Shown in pieces: positions 25,124-34,500 of a stretch of DNA of 59,869 bases. Numbering within the stretch: position 1 is the first letter of the stretch; each line of letters starts with the position of its first letter. Below the pieces are notes generated by a model, which was not told the DNA's origin, ran no database searches, and saw only the letters and a program-made list of their open reading frames with translations. The translations under genes were made by a program, and so were the position numbers. Source of the DNA: Minisyncoccota bacterium (GTDB lineage: Bacteria; Patescibacteriota; Minisyncoccia; Phycocordibacterales; Phycocordibacteraceae); contig JAGORR010000002.1 of assembly GCA_018062765.1 (NCBI GenBank), positions 1 to 59,869 of the forward strand, written 5' to 3'.

Positions 25124-26256
25124 AAGGCACTCCTACCTTTTCCTCACGCCTGCGTGAGGCATTTGATACAACGCTCCACGGAATATCCTGCATATTCCCG
25201 CGCGCGAAAAGTAAGTGGGTCTTCTCCGGCTGGCACCGAGGTAAGGCTATGGAGATTTTTGCAGATAATGCCAAATACTTGTATTTGTATATCGCAAACG
25301 CAAAAGGCGACATCCGCCCCATCTGGCTTGCCAAAGACCGTGGCTTTGCCAAGCTCCTCCGTAAGAAGGGTTTTGAAGCGTATTACGAGAAGAGTTTTTC
25401 GGGCATCTGGCACGCACTGACCTCCGGTACCACGGTCATAGACGCATTCCTCCAGCCCGAGAACTACCGCTTTTCCGGCGGCTCGCGCCTTGTGCAGCTC
25501 CTTCACGGCAAAGGAATGAAAAAGGGTGGGTACAACGAAAAACCACGCCAAGCGCAGGACATTATTTTCAGCACGTCTCCATTTGTCTCTTCGATGCTGC
25601 CGCCGCGATTCGTAGAAGACTCCCCTATCAAGGTTGCCGGATACCCGCGCGCTGACATTTTCTTTAAGGAAATAAAGGGCGCAGACATAAGTATTGATAT
25701 GCACGCTAAGAAAGTACTGAGTGATTCGAGCTACAAAAAACGGATACTATACGCACCGACGTTCCGTCGCGGTCTAGAAAAACTCGACCTAGAGGAAGTC
25801 TTGGATCTCTCCGCGCTTTCAGCGTGGGCGATAGAGAGCCAAAACCTGCTCCTCATGAGCCTCCATCCGAAATACCGTTCGCAGGCGCGGGGACTCAGCT
25901 ATCCGAACGTCTATTTCATCGAGGAGTCCGACATCTACCCGCTCCTGCCCCTCATCGACCTCATGATTACCGACTACTCTTCCCTCTTCACCGACTATCT
26001 CCTCCTTGACCGACCGATTGTCTTCTACGCATACGACCTTGAAACCTATAAAGAGAGAGAAGGCCTGTCGTTTGAAAATTATGATGAATATACGCCTGGA
26101 CCAAAAGCCTCGTCGCCTAGCGAGCTTCTTTCGGTACTCAAATCAACGCTCGAGAAGGACAACCACGCTATGCACCGTGCGCGCGTCCGTGACCTGTATC
26201 ACACGCACCAGGACGGCAATAGCAGCGCACGCGTACTCGAAGCGCTTACGCGCTAG
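25105..26256 (+). CDS. CDP-glycerol/ribitol-type glycerophosphotransferase (TagB/TagF family)
   Basis: 383 aa. It has FADNAKYLYLYI, ILYAPTFR and ITDYSSLFTDYLLLDRPIVFYAYDLETY, which are typical of Glyphos_transf proteins. It overlaps the upstream gene by 19 nt. Confidence 0.85.
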   Translation: MAGASIKGTPTFSSRLREAFDTTLHGISCIFPRAKSKWVFSGWHRGKAMEIFADNAKYLYLYIANAKGDIRPIWLAKDRGFAKLLRKKGFEAYYEKSFSGIWHALTSGTTVIDAFLQPENYRFSGGSRLVQLLHGKGMKKGGYNEKPRQAQDIIFSTSPFVSSMLPPRFVEDSPIKVAGYPRADIFFKEIKGADISIDMHAKKVLSDSSYKKRILYAPTFRRGLEKLDLEEVLDLSALSAWAIESQNLLLMSLHPKYRSQARGLSYPNVYFIEESDIYPLLPLIDLMITDYSSLFTDYLLLDRPIVFYAYDLETYKEREGLSFENYDEYTPGPKASSPSELLSVLKSTLEKDNHAMHRARVRDLYHTHQDGNSSARVLEALTR

Positions 26257-27383
26257 CGTGCAGCGCTCAATAAAAGCTCGTTCACTCCACTCCGGTAACG
26301 CTCAATCGAATATTCTCCTGCTGTCTCTATCCCTGCGCGAGAGAACGACGCGACTTCCTCATCACTCATCAAGAGAACCTTTGTCATTTTCTCCGCAATG
26401 TCTACAGCGTTATGCTCGGTAAAGTAACCGTTTACACTGTCCTTGAGGTACTCCGAGACGCCCGCCACCTTTGTTGAGATGAGCGGCATGCCAAACGCAA
26501 GCCCCTCCATCGCGGCGATACAGAACCCCTCGTGGCGTGAGGTAAGGAGGAATGCGTCCGAAGCCGCGTAATAGCGGTATATATTCTTCTGTTCACCGAG
26601 CATGACCACCGCGTTTTTAACACCAAGCTCCGCAGCGCGCGCCTCAATCTCCTGCCGGAGTGCCCCGTCGCCTGCAATCACAAGGAACGCCTCCGGATGC
26701 GCTTCTCTTACGCGCGCAAACGCCTCGACCATAAGTACGTGATTTTTTTGCTTTACAAGTCGTGCCACTGTAAAGAATACGAACGCGTCTTCCGGTACGT
26801 CGTGCTCCTTGCGTATAGATGCGCGCATGGGCGCATATTTCGCTTTAGCCTCCTCGATGCGTGCAAGATCTACACCGTTATAGACGACGGAGAACTTCTC
26901 GCGGGGGATTCCCTCACTTTCCGCCACGAAGTCCGCCACCTGCTTCGAATCCGCGACAATAGTGAACGCTCGCGCGAACAACCATCGGTCAGCTGCCCGC
27001 TGCCAACGAGGCTTCATCGCCACCGTGTTGTGTTCTGCCGCGATGACGCGGTAACCAAACAACGGACGGAGTGTAAGGAACAGCGCATTACTGAAAAATG
27101 TGGCCGTCTTCACAACACGCGGTCGCTCACGCCTGAGTATCCCGATGAGCTTTATCCACTCGGACACGTCGAGGAGCCGTCCGAAATCGAGACGGTAGAC
27201 TCGTACATCGGCCGGAATAAGATCATCGAATGTCTCTTTTCCAGGAAACTGCCGTAGAATGACGAGCGCTACGTCGAAGCGGCTACGATCGAGACCTTGA
27301 AGCTGCTCGATGACAAGCCGCTGCACGCCGGCGAGAACGAGATCGTTCGCCCCGATAAGGACGCGAATCTTGCTGTCGGTCAT
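26253..27383 (-). CDS. Family 4 (GT-B) glycosyltransferase
   Basis: 376 aa. It has an EX7E-type C-terminal region (LLTSRHEGFCIAAMEGLAFGMPLISTKVAG). Confidence 0.85.
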   Translation of the reverse strand: MTDSKIRVLIGANDLVLAGVQRLVIEQLQGLDRSRFDVALVILRQFPGKETFDDLIPADVRVYRLDFGRLLDVSEWIKLIGILRRERPRVVKTATFFSNALFLTLRPLFGYRVIAAEHNTVAMKPRWQRAADRWLFARAFTIVADSKQVADFVAESEGIPREKFSVVYNGVDLARIEEAKAKYAPMRASIRKEHDVPEDAFVFFTVARLVKQKNHVLMVEAFARVREAHPEAFLVIAGDGALRQEIEARAAELGVKNAVVMLGEQKNIYRYYAASDAFLLTSRHEGFCIAAMEGLAFGMPLISTKVAGVSEYLKDSVNGYFTEHNAVDIAEKMTKVLLMSDEEVASFSRAGIETAGEYSIERYRSGVNELLLSAAR

Positions 27384-29095
27384 GAGCCTAGATATTCCTT
27401 GAGTCCCTCATCAAACGAATACTCCGGCTTCCATCCAAGCGCGCGAACGCGCGACGCGTCGACCTGATACTTGAGGTCCATACCGGGCCGCATGGAGTCG
27501 TGGGTTGTGACCTTCTTGCCTGTTACCGCTTCTGCGCGTGCGATAAGCTCCCTGACCGTAAGCCCGTCGCCTGCGGTGACGTTGTAGGTACCTTCGCCCT
27601 CGCGCAGCATCAGTTCTATTGCGGGCGGAACGTTCTTCACATAGAGATACTCGCGAAATCCGGTGCCGCCGTTATGAAGCGGGATAGAGTGCCCAGAAGC
27701 GAGGCTTTCACGTATCTGCGGCATGATTTTGCGGGTATCCTGGCGCGGTCCGAAGATGTTGCACATACGAACGTCCACAATCTTGCCTGAAAGCGTTGGG
27801 TACGTGTTGTCGTAGGCGGTGCGCATGAGGGACCCTGCGGCCTTCGAGGCAGAATACGGGCTTCTCGGCAGAAGCACCTCATCCTCCCTCATCGGGTGTT
27901 CGCATTCTCCGTACACCTCGTCAGTGCCGATATACATAAATTTCTTAAGGCCGGGAAGGCGCCGTGAAGCCTCAAAGGCATGGAGGGTTCCAAGCAGATT
28001 TTTGCGGAACGTGCGGTACGGTTCGCGTATAGAGTAATCGACGTCCGTTATCGCAGCAGCATGGATAAGGTAGTCCGGTTTCTCATTAACTATAGTGTCG
28101 ACGACATCCGGATTCGCCATGTGGAGGTCTAGGTGTACGAACGACCCGTCGATGAGATCCGGGTTCGAGCCTTCTGAAAGATTATCGATGACAACCACTC
28201 GCCAACCTTTGCGCACAAAGTGCTCCGTTACATGGGAAAAAATGAACCCTAGCCCACCAGTGATGACGACGGAGGGTGCACTACCCTTTTTGGGCGCATG
28301 GTCTACGATGACTGAGTTCTTCCTCGTTTTAGCCTTGTCCGGACCCGACGACTCCTCATCCTTTCGCAAAAGCACGTATGCGTAGCTCTCGGTGGCAAAC
28401 GTGAGCCCAGGAAGAGGCGAGGTGCCGACAAAAATCGCAAGCTTATGGATAGCGTCAAACAACGCGCGCATAGGAGCCCATCCTGCTTTCCATCTCACAA
28501 CTGCAGGGAATGCGAGCTCGACTGCGAGCCCCGCAGCCTCCGCGAGCTGGCGCAGCTTTCCCGGCGTTACTTGCCCACTATGCATCGCACGCCCCTGCAC
28601 CGATCGGCTTGTCACCATGCGCGGATTCTTCGTGATGATTACCACGCGACCCCCGGGTGCGAGCATGTCAGCAATGTGCGCCATCGCTTGATCCTTGTTT
28701 GCAAAATATTCAAAGCAGCGCGATAGCACGATGAGATCCGCCTTAAACGGTGGCACGGATGCTTCGAAATCACTCTGCTCGTACGAGATTGATGGCATCG
28801 CCGCGAGCTTCTTCCGCGCGCTCTCGAGCATTGCTTCTGATTGCTCGATGAGATGTATAGGTCCCGTAACACGCTCGCGGATTAAGGGCGTCCATACTGC
28901 GTCTCCAGGTCCCACCTCAATAGCACGCTCGTATTTGCGGCTTCCGAGCGCACGCTTCAAGGAGCGCATTGTCTGTCGGTATTCGAACCGCTTCACGGGC
29001 GTCGCGTGCCAGCGATCTTCCTCGTACGCACCGTTGAGTCCGCCGGTCTGGCGGTCGTAGTACTCCTTGATGTCTGTGTTTCGTAGAGCGTCCAT
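27380..29095 (-). CDS. Fusion: N-terminal class I SAM methyltransferase plus C-terminal extended-SDR NDP-sugar 4,6-dehydratase/epimerase
   Basis: 571 aa. The N-terminal part has AIEVGPGDAVW...LAPGGRVVII. The C-terminal part has VVITGGLGFIFSHVTEHFVRKGWRVVVIDNL (Rossmann fold) and YSASKAAGSLM (YxxxK). Confidence 0.85.
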   Translation of the reverse strand: MDALRNTDIKEYYDRQTGGLNGAYEEDRWHATPVKRFEYRQTMRSLKRALGSRKYERAIEVGPGDAVWTPLIRERVTGPIHLIEQSEAMLESARKKLAAMPSISYEQSDFEASVPPFKADLIVLSRCFEYFANKDQAMAHIADMLAPGGRVVIITKNPRMVTSRSVQGRAMHSGQVTPGKLRQLAEAAGLAVELAFPAVVRWKAGWAPMRALFDAIHKLAIFVGTSPLPGLTFATESYAYVLLRKDEESSGPDKAKTRKNSVIVDHAPKKGSAPSVVITGGLGFIFSHVTEHFVRKGWRVVVIDNLSEGSNPDLIDGSFVHLDLHMANPDVVDTIVNEKPDYLIHAAAITDVDYSIREPYRTFRKNLLGTLHAFEASRRLPGLKKFMYIGTDEVYGECEHPMREDEVLLPRSPYSASKAAGSLMRTAYDNTYPTLSGKIVDVRMCNIFGPRQDTRKIMPQIRESLASGHSIPLHNGGTGFREYLYVKNVPPAIELMLREGEGTYNVTAGDGLTVRELIARAEAVTGKKVTTHDSMRPGMDLKYQVDASRVRALGWKPEYSFDEGLKEYLGS

Positions 29096-29101
29096 ATCCG
29101 T

Positions 29102-30142
29102 TCAAGCGTACAATTCTTTCGCGAGCTGCGCTACGAGCGTATTCAGGTCGTGTGCGCGCGCGACCCGCTTCCCCTCTTCGCGCAAGGCATCCTTCTCTTC
29201 CTGCGATAGCCGCAGGAGCGTACGAATCTTTTGAGCGATATCCGGTACCTCGCCCGAGGTAGAGAGACGGGGATCGAGCACGCCAGAGAGGTCCTCGTGC
29301 CGCGTAAGCAGCAGACAGCCGGAAGCAAGGGCTTCGAGCATCGTCTTATCGAACATGCCTGGCGCGCTTATATTTACCACGATGTCATGCTCCGCGTAGA
29401 TACGCGAAAGCTCCGCATGCGGGACGGCACCGCGTACCGAAAGGCCGATGTTCCCCGAGTTCGCGAGACCGACGACCTTATCGCGATACGCGGCATCATC
29501 CATGGGTCCTGCGAGCGTTAGGGCCGCCTGCGTGCCGTCACGCTGGAGCGCAAGTAAGGCTTCGACGACCTCGCGCACGTGCTTCTTCGGCGAGACGCGT
29601 CCGGCCATGAGGATGCTGCCTGGCAATCGGCTGGCACCGGCTGGCGCGGAGAACCGCTCAAGGTCGACGCCGACCGGCATGCGCAGAGCGTTTCGGAAAC
29701 GTGCCGTATAGGATGCACTCGACGTATAGAAGACCCGGCGACACCAGAGAGCAGCGAGATGCGTCGGCCAGGAGCCCGAGCCGTGGTTCCTCCACATATA
29801 TATGCGTTTGCTGAGAAGCTTCCAGAGCAGAGCCCCTATGAGTACGTACTCCTGATTCATATGGACGAATACAGTGTCGTACTCGCGTCTCAGCTTCCAT
29901 GCGAGCGTGATGAACCGCAATACGTAGCGCACCCTCTTTCCTATCTTCCGCTTCCCGCCTCCCGTATTTTCCTTTCCGAGCGTGTGCACCCGGACATTTT
30001 CTGGCAGCATGTGCTTCCCTTCAGAAAGACAGATGACCTCGATCCGTTCGAAGTCAGACGCGAGCTTTTCTATCCAGCGCGTAAAGAACCCGAGTACCGG
30101 GTCCCCATCATCGACCGTCTGCGTGACGATAAGCAACTTCAT
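29102..30142 (-). CDS. GT-B fold glycosyltransferase (GT4/GT1-like)
   Basis: I set the start at MKLLIVTQTVDD (30142), which forms an ATGA overlap with the upstream stop. The C-terminal region is VNISAPGMFDKTMLEALASGCLLLT. Confidence 0.8.
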   Translation of the reverse strand: MKLLIVTQTVDDGDPVLGFFTRWIEKLASDFERIEVICLSEGKHMLPENVRVHTLGKENTGGGKRKIGKRVRYVLRFITLAWKLRREYDTVFVHMNQEYVLIGALLWKLLSKRIYMWRNHGSGSWPTHLAALWCRRVFYTSSASYTARFRNALRMPVGVDLERFSAPAGASRLPGSILMAGRVSPKKHVREVVEALLALQRDGTQAALTLAGPMDDAAYRDKVVGLANSGNIGLSVRGAVPHAELSRIYAEHDIVVNISAPGMFDKTMLEALASGCLLLTRHEDLSGVLDPRLSTSGEVPDIAQKIRTLLRLSQEEKDALREEGKRVARAHDLNTLVAQLAKELYA

Positions 30143-30711
30143 GGCAAATCCGCGAGCGTATGTATGACCGGCCACCGGCCATCACCCTTTCCGTTGTCGC
30201 GTCTCATCTCGTAGAGAGAGAGTGCGGGAAGCGCACTTGCGAGCGCTTCAAGCTCGCTTGGCCTATCGTCTACAAGAACAGCTGACGCGCCGTAGTACCC
30301 TGGCCACTTGGAAAGGAACTCGGCCTTGGACTCCATACCGGTATACAGAACGGTAAGTCGTACCACGCCTGCTAAGGCGCTCTCGATCTTCACTCGCTGA
30401 CGTTCCTTCTCGCCGTAGCTCACGATGATGGCTTCGTTTCCGTAGGCACGAAGAGTCTCGAGCGTATCCGCGTAGAGGAATCGGGAAAGATATCCCGGAG
30501 CGAACGAAAGCGCTCCCGAACGTATAGCTTCGCTCACCTTGTCCCATACCGCTATACGCGCTTCGCCACCCGAGACGCTCTCCTCACGCTTGCTCGCAAG
30601 CGTCTGCAGAAGCTCCTCGCGGAATGGCGCGCATGCAGGCTCGTCCGGCAAACTCGCGAGATACGCATCTGTATCAAACAGGGTCCGATCAAAATCGAGG
30701 AAGCGAATCAT
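30139..30711 (-). CDS. HAD-superfamily hydrolase/phosphatase-like protein
   Basis: 190 aa. Motif I DxDxT is present in MIRFLDFDRTLFD. The rest is weakly HAD-like. Confidence 0.6.
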   Translation of the reverse strand: MIRFLDFDRTLFDTDAYLASLPDEPACAPFREELLQTLASKREESVSGGEARIAVWDKVSEAIRSGALSFAPGYLSRFLYADTLETLRAYGNEAIIVSYGEKERQRVKIESALAGVVRLTVLYTGMESKAEFLSKWPGYYGASAVLVDDRPSELEALASALPALSLYEMRRDNGKGDGRWPVIHTLADLP

Positions 30712-31676
30712 GCAAGGAGACTTTGTATCGCTGCAGCTATCTTCGCAGAGTCGTGTCGGATGAACGACCGCTGTAACGGATCGTTCGCAATGGGTGCGAC
30801 CGTGTATGTAGATACCAGTGGGAGACGACGCACGCGTGCGTCAGCGGGAAGAAAATCATCCTCGGGCGGATATTCTCCGCTCGCCGCATAATGCTCGAGG
30901 ACCTCCTTGCGCATACCGTTATCGTTCATGAGTATGACGTCCGGTTCACGCCCCGCATACTTCGCAATCTCGGCAACGTGCTTACGCGCCGTGAATCCTT
31001 CTGTCTGTCCACTTATCGTGAACAGATTGAGTATGTAGACCAACCTCGCTTTGGACGCCGCGATAGACTCCTTCATACCGTCAGGCAGAAGCGCGGCTAT
31101 AGAGGAACTGTAGAGGTGCCCTGGACCGAGAATGATGAGGTCGGCAGCCTCGATAGCGTCTTTCGCTTTCTCCGTCAGAGGCGGATTTCCATCGAGCGCG
31201 AACTTCTCGATAGGAGAGCGCCCCTGCTCATGAATGGATATGACATGTTCGTTCCTGAGCTCGGATCCGTCCTTTAGAGTAGCAACCAATACACCGGGCG
31301 TTGCGGTTGCCGGGATGACGGTGCCGCAGACGCGCAAGATGCGCGATGCTTCCTCGAGCGCCGCAGCATCTGATCCCAAGAGGTCAGTGAGTGCGGTGAT
31401 AAACAGATTCCCCAGATTGTGCCCTTTGATGTCGCTTTTCGTAAAACGGTAAGCGAACAAATCACGAAGCACGTTGCCATCTTCAGCCAAAGCAACGAGT
31501 GCCTGTCGCGCGTCCCCGGGCGGGAGAATTCCGTACGCGTCGCGCAAGTGTCCTGTTGATCCGCCATCATCTGCCATCGTTACGATAGCGGACAACGAAA
31601 CGCCCGGCAGACGCCGTAGCCCCGAAAGGACCACGAAGGTGCCGGTTCCTCCCCCAATAGTCACTATCTTGGCCAT
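30708..31676 (-). CDS. yvcK: YvcK/CofD-family (UPF0052, 'gluconeogenesis factor') protein
   Basis: It has KIVTIGGGTGTFVVLSGL...AIVTMADDGGSTGHLRD. I shortened the track ORF (to 31805) to MAKIVTIGGG at 31676, which clears the upstream gene's stop at 31690. Confidence 0.85.
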   Translation of the reverse strand: MAKIVTIGGGTGTFVVLSGLRRLPGVSLSAIVTMADDGGSTGHLRDAYGILPPGDARQALVALAEDGNVLRDLFAYRFTKSDIKGHNLGNLFITALTDLLGSDAAALEEASRILRVCGTVIPATATPGVLVATLKDGSELRNEHVISIHEQGRSPIEKFALDGNPPLTEKAKDAIEAADLIILGPGHLYSSSIAALLPDGMKESIAASKARLVYILNLFTISGQTEGFTARKHVAEIAKYAGREPDVILMNDNGMRKEVLEHYAASGEYPPEDDFLPADARVRRLPLVSTYTVAPIANDPLQRSFIRHDSAKIAAAIQSLLA

Positions 31677-31689
31677 ATGTATGTAAACC

Positions 31690-32814
31690 TTACCCCACCC
31701 CGCCCTGGTTACCAGGCGCCCCAAGCGCACGCAGGAGGTCCTCTGCGACAAGCTCGGGTAATGACTGAAGGGGTGCCAAATGGGCAAGCGCCGCGGCCTC
31801 GGCATTCACAATAAGCGCTCTTCGCAACTGTTCGTCTTCGACGAGTCGAAGTAGCTGCCGAGCGAGCGAGTAGGTGTCCGCGACAGGAGCCGCGAGTACT
31901 TCCCGTTCAGGCATGAGGACGCTCCCGATGACGCCGACCTCGGTAGAAATTATGGGGAGACGCGCGATCGCAGCCTCAAGCAGCGTGCGCCCGTATCCCT
32001 CATACGCGCTTGCTTGTACCAAAGCGTGCGCGCTTCTCATAAGTCCGAGCACGTCCGGTCGTTCGCCAAGAAAGATAACCACGTCCGTAAGGTGTTCGCG
32101 ACGCACAAGCGCCCTCAAGCGTCTTTCCTCCCTTCCGAGACCTGCGATAAAGAGCCCGACTGATGAGTGCTTTTTGCGCGCTTCTTTGACCGCTTCCACC
32201 ACATCCTGAGCGCGCTTTTCACGCTCAAGTCGTCCTACGTAAAGGCAGACGAACGAAAACTCATGGGGCGGTAACGCGACTGGCGCATCAGGGTGGATGC
32301 CAGGCGCAATCGGGAGCACGGACGGCTCTTTGATGCGCCTGCCATAGCGCGCGACCAGGTCCTTAGCTATGCGCAGAGATACAACGCGTATCGCGTCTGC
32401 CCGAATAAGGATACGATCTGCGATAAGCGCGCGAATGCGATTTTTGATGGAGCCAGCCAAAAAATGAGGCGATAAAAAATCCGTATGCACTTGCACATGG
32501 AAGCCGGCGCGGCACGCTCGCGCAACAATACGCGCAATGAGCCCGTGTTCGAATGGGTCCTGACTCGACACGACCTCTGCCCGGCACTCGCGCGCGACAC
32601 GGCGCGCGACCCTGAGCTGCCTGACGAGCCTGAAGGCTCCTGGCGCAATCGGGTAGAGCGTGAGCCCCCCTTCGCGCGTACGCTCGGCTCCCCGCGGCGC
32701 GCTTGAGACCACATGGAGTTCACCTATCGCTTCGGCATACCTGCGCATGCGCTCGCGCGCCGCGCTGTCGCGCATAAATATCGACGGGTCGTTTGAGATG
32801 AAGAGCGCGATCAT
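31690..32814 (-). CDS. Family 4 (GT-B) glycosyltransferase
   Basis: 374 aa. It has LVQASAYEGYGRTLLEAAIARLPIISTEVG (EX7E-like). Confidence 0.8.
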   Translation of the reverse strand: MIALFISNDPSIFMRDSAARERMRRYAEAIGELHVVSSAPRGAERTREGGLTLYPIAPGAFRLVRQLRVARRVARECRAEVVSSQDPFEHGLIARIVARACRAGFHVQVHTDFLSPHFLAGSIKNRIRALIADRILIRADAIRVVSLRIAKDLVARYGRRIKEPSVLPIAPGIHPDAPVALPPHEFSFVCLYVGRLEREKRAQDVVEAVKEARKKHSSVGLFIAGLGREERRLRALVRREHLTDVVIFLGERPDVLGLMRSAHALVQASAYEGYGRTLLEAAIARLPIISTEVGVIGSVLMPEREVLAAPVADTYSLARQLLRLVEDEQLRRALIVNAEAAALAHLAPLQSLPELVAEDLLRALGAPGNQGGVG

Positions 32815-33902
32815 GCCTCAGGAAGGGCGAGCGCGCGTACGACCTCATCGATCATGCGCTCATCCGTAAATTCTGCGGCATGCGCCTTTGCCGCTTTTGA
32901 GAGTTTCGCAGTGAGTTTCGTATTCCCCATAATCTCTCGCATGGACTCCGTAATACCGCGCACATCATCTGGAGAAAAGATGAGTCCCGTTTCTCCCTCG
33001 CGGACCAATTCCGGATTACCTCCCACCGGGGTGGTCGCGACTGGCGTTCCAAGCGAGAAAGCCTCGAGAATGAGATGCGAGAGACCTTCGTACCGCGTAT
33101 TGAGGATGAAGCCGCGCGCGTGTGCGAGGTAGCCGAGCACCTCGTCTCGCGATACTTGGCCGACGAAACGGACCCTGCCCTCCAGTCCTTGCTCTTTCAC
33201 ATGCGCCTCGAGCGTCTCTCGTTCCGGCCCATCCCCGACGATGACGAGCGTTAGGGATGAATCCTCGAGAGACGCGAATGCGTCGATAGTCGCACGCATA
33301 CCCTTCCACTTAACCAGGCGTCCTATCGATACGAGGTACGCGCCATCGATCGGTGATTTCGTCTTTGCGGCAGGCAGCTCCGGTGCTGCGTTATACGCGA
33401 CGTGGATACGCCGCCGCGGAATATCCCAGAGATGGACGACGCGTGCGAGGTACCGGCTCGGAACGATGATGCGGTATGCGCTCTCCGCGACAAATCCTTG
33501 TAGTGCTTTCAGGGCGCGCACGCGTATCGGATACCGTCGCTTGGCGACAAACACGTCGAGCGAATCCGTGACCCCGTAGCGCGCGGTACCTTGCTCCCAT
33601 GCGTAATCACCCGCGACGCGCAGATAGAACGGTCGGCGCGCAAGTCGCGCAGCAATCAAGGCAGGGAATCCTGTGGAGACCGGGTCCAGGGCGAGAACGA
33701 GATCCGAGCGCCGAGCGACCCAAAAGACGTGCCAGCCATAGACTGTGTGCCGTATGAGCGGAGGAAGGTGGCGGACACTTGCAAAGCGCACTGTCTCCCC
33801 ACTCCAGCCGTGCCGCGCAAGACCCTTCTCAAGGGCCTTTGCAAAGGTCGCCGGGCCGCCGCTTTCGGGAGGATAGAGAGGTGTCGCGAGGCACACGCGC
33901 AT
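32811..33902 (-). CDS. Family 4 (GT-B) glycosyltransferase
   Basis: 363 aa. It has MRVCLATPLYPPESGGPA and ILNTRYEGLSHLILEAFSLGTPVATTPVGGNPE. Confidence 0.85.
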   Translation of the reverse strand: MRVCLATPLYPPESGGPATFAKALEKGLARHGWSGETVRFASVRHLPPLIRHTVYGWHVFWVARRSDLVLALDPVSTGFPALIAARLARRPFYLRVAGDYAWEQGTARYGVTDSLDVFVAKRRYPIRVRALKALQGFVAESAYRIIVPSRYLARVVHLWDIPRRRIHVAYNAAPELPAAKTKSPIDGAYLVSIGRLVKWKGMRATIDAFASLEDSSLTLVIVGDGPERETLEAHVKEQGLEGRVRFVGQVSRDEVLGYLAHARGFILNTRYEGLSHLILEAFSLGTPVATTPVGGNPELVREGETGLIFSPDDVRGITESMREIMGNTKLTAKLSKAAKAHAAEFTDERMIDEVVRALALPEA

Positions 33903-33948
33903 AGCGGAACCATAGCTCTAAAATGGCCTAGACTCAAGGCATCCGTGC

Positions 33949-33954
33949 TAGATT
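33949..33954 (+). promoter_or_regulatory. -10-like hexamer TAGATT, 6 nt upstream of the GTG start at 33961
   Basis: The plus strand reads gcTAGATTgagtccGTG. Confidence 0.35.
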
Positions 33955-33960
33955 GAGTCC

Positions 33961-34500
33961 GTGAAAATCGTCATCGCGACGCCGCTATATCCGCCAGATA
34001 CTGCGCCCTCGGCCGCATATGCGAAGGAGCTTGCGCATCGGCTTGCGCAGTCGCATGAAGTCTCAGTCATCGCCTATGGCCGCCTCCCGGAAGAATTGGA
34101 AGGAGTTTCAATCGTGCCGGTATCCAAACGCTATCCAATAGCGATACGTCTTCCCTTATTCTCGCTCGCGCTCCTTTGGCGTGCGCTATTTGCGGACGCA
34201 ATAGTGGCGCATAACGGGGCTTCGGTCGAACTGCCGGCGTCGATGGTCGCAAAGCTTACGGGTCGGCCGCTCATCTTCCTCGTAAGCGACGAGGCGGCGC
34301 ATACTTGGGCCTCAAAGCACAAGCGTCGCCGCGGTATTGAGGAACGTACTGCAAAGCAGGCACGGAAAGTTATTTCTACATTCCCACCGGCGCGCCCTGA
34401 GATTCTTCCCTATGCCCCGTACCCCACGCAAGAGATGGAAGCGTACGAGCGCGCCTGGACCGAGCACCTCATTGGGATTGAATCTGCGATTTCAGCATGA
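33961..34500 (+). CDS. Stand-alone GT4 N-terminal (acceptor-side) half-domain protein
   Basis: 179 aa with a GTG start. MKIVIATPLYPPDTAPSAAYAKELAHRL parallels the N-terminus of the divergent GT4 (MRVCLATPLYPPESGGPATFAKALEKGL). It has no EX7E donor-binding half. Its stop overlaps the next gene's start (ATGA). Confidence 0.5.
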   Translation: MKIVIATPLYPPDTAPSAAYAKELAHRLAQSHEVSVIAYGRLPEELEGVSIVPVSKRYPIAIRLPLFSLALLWRALFADAIVAHNGASVELPASMVAKLTGRPLIFLVSDEAAHTWASKHKRRRGIEERTAKQARKVISTFPPARPEILPYAPYPTQEMEAYERAWTEHLIGIESAISA

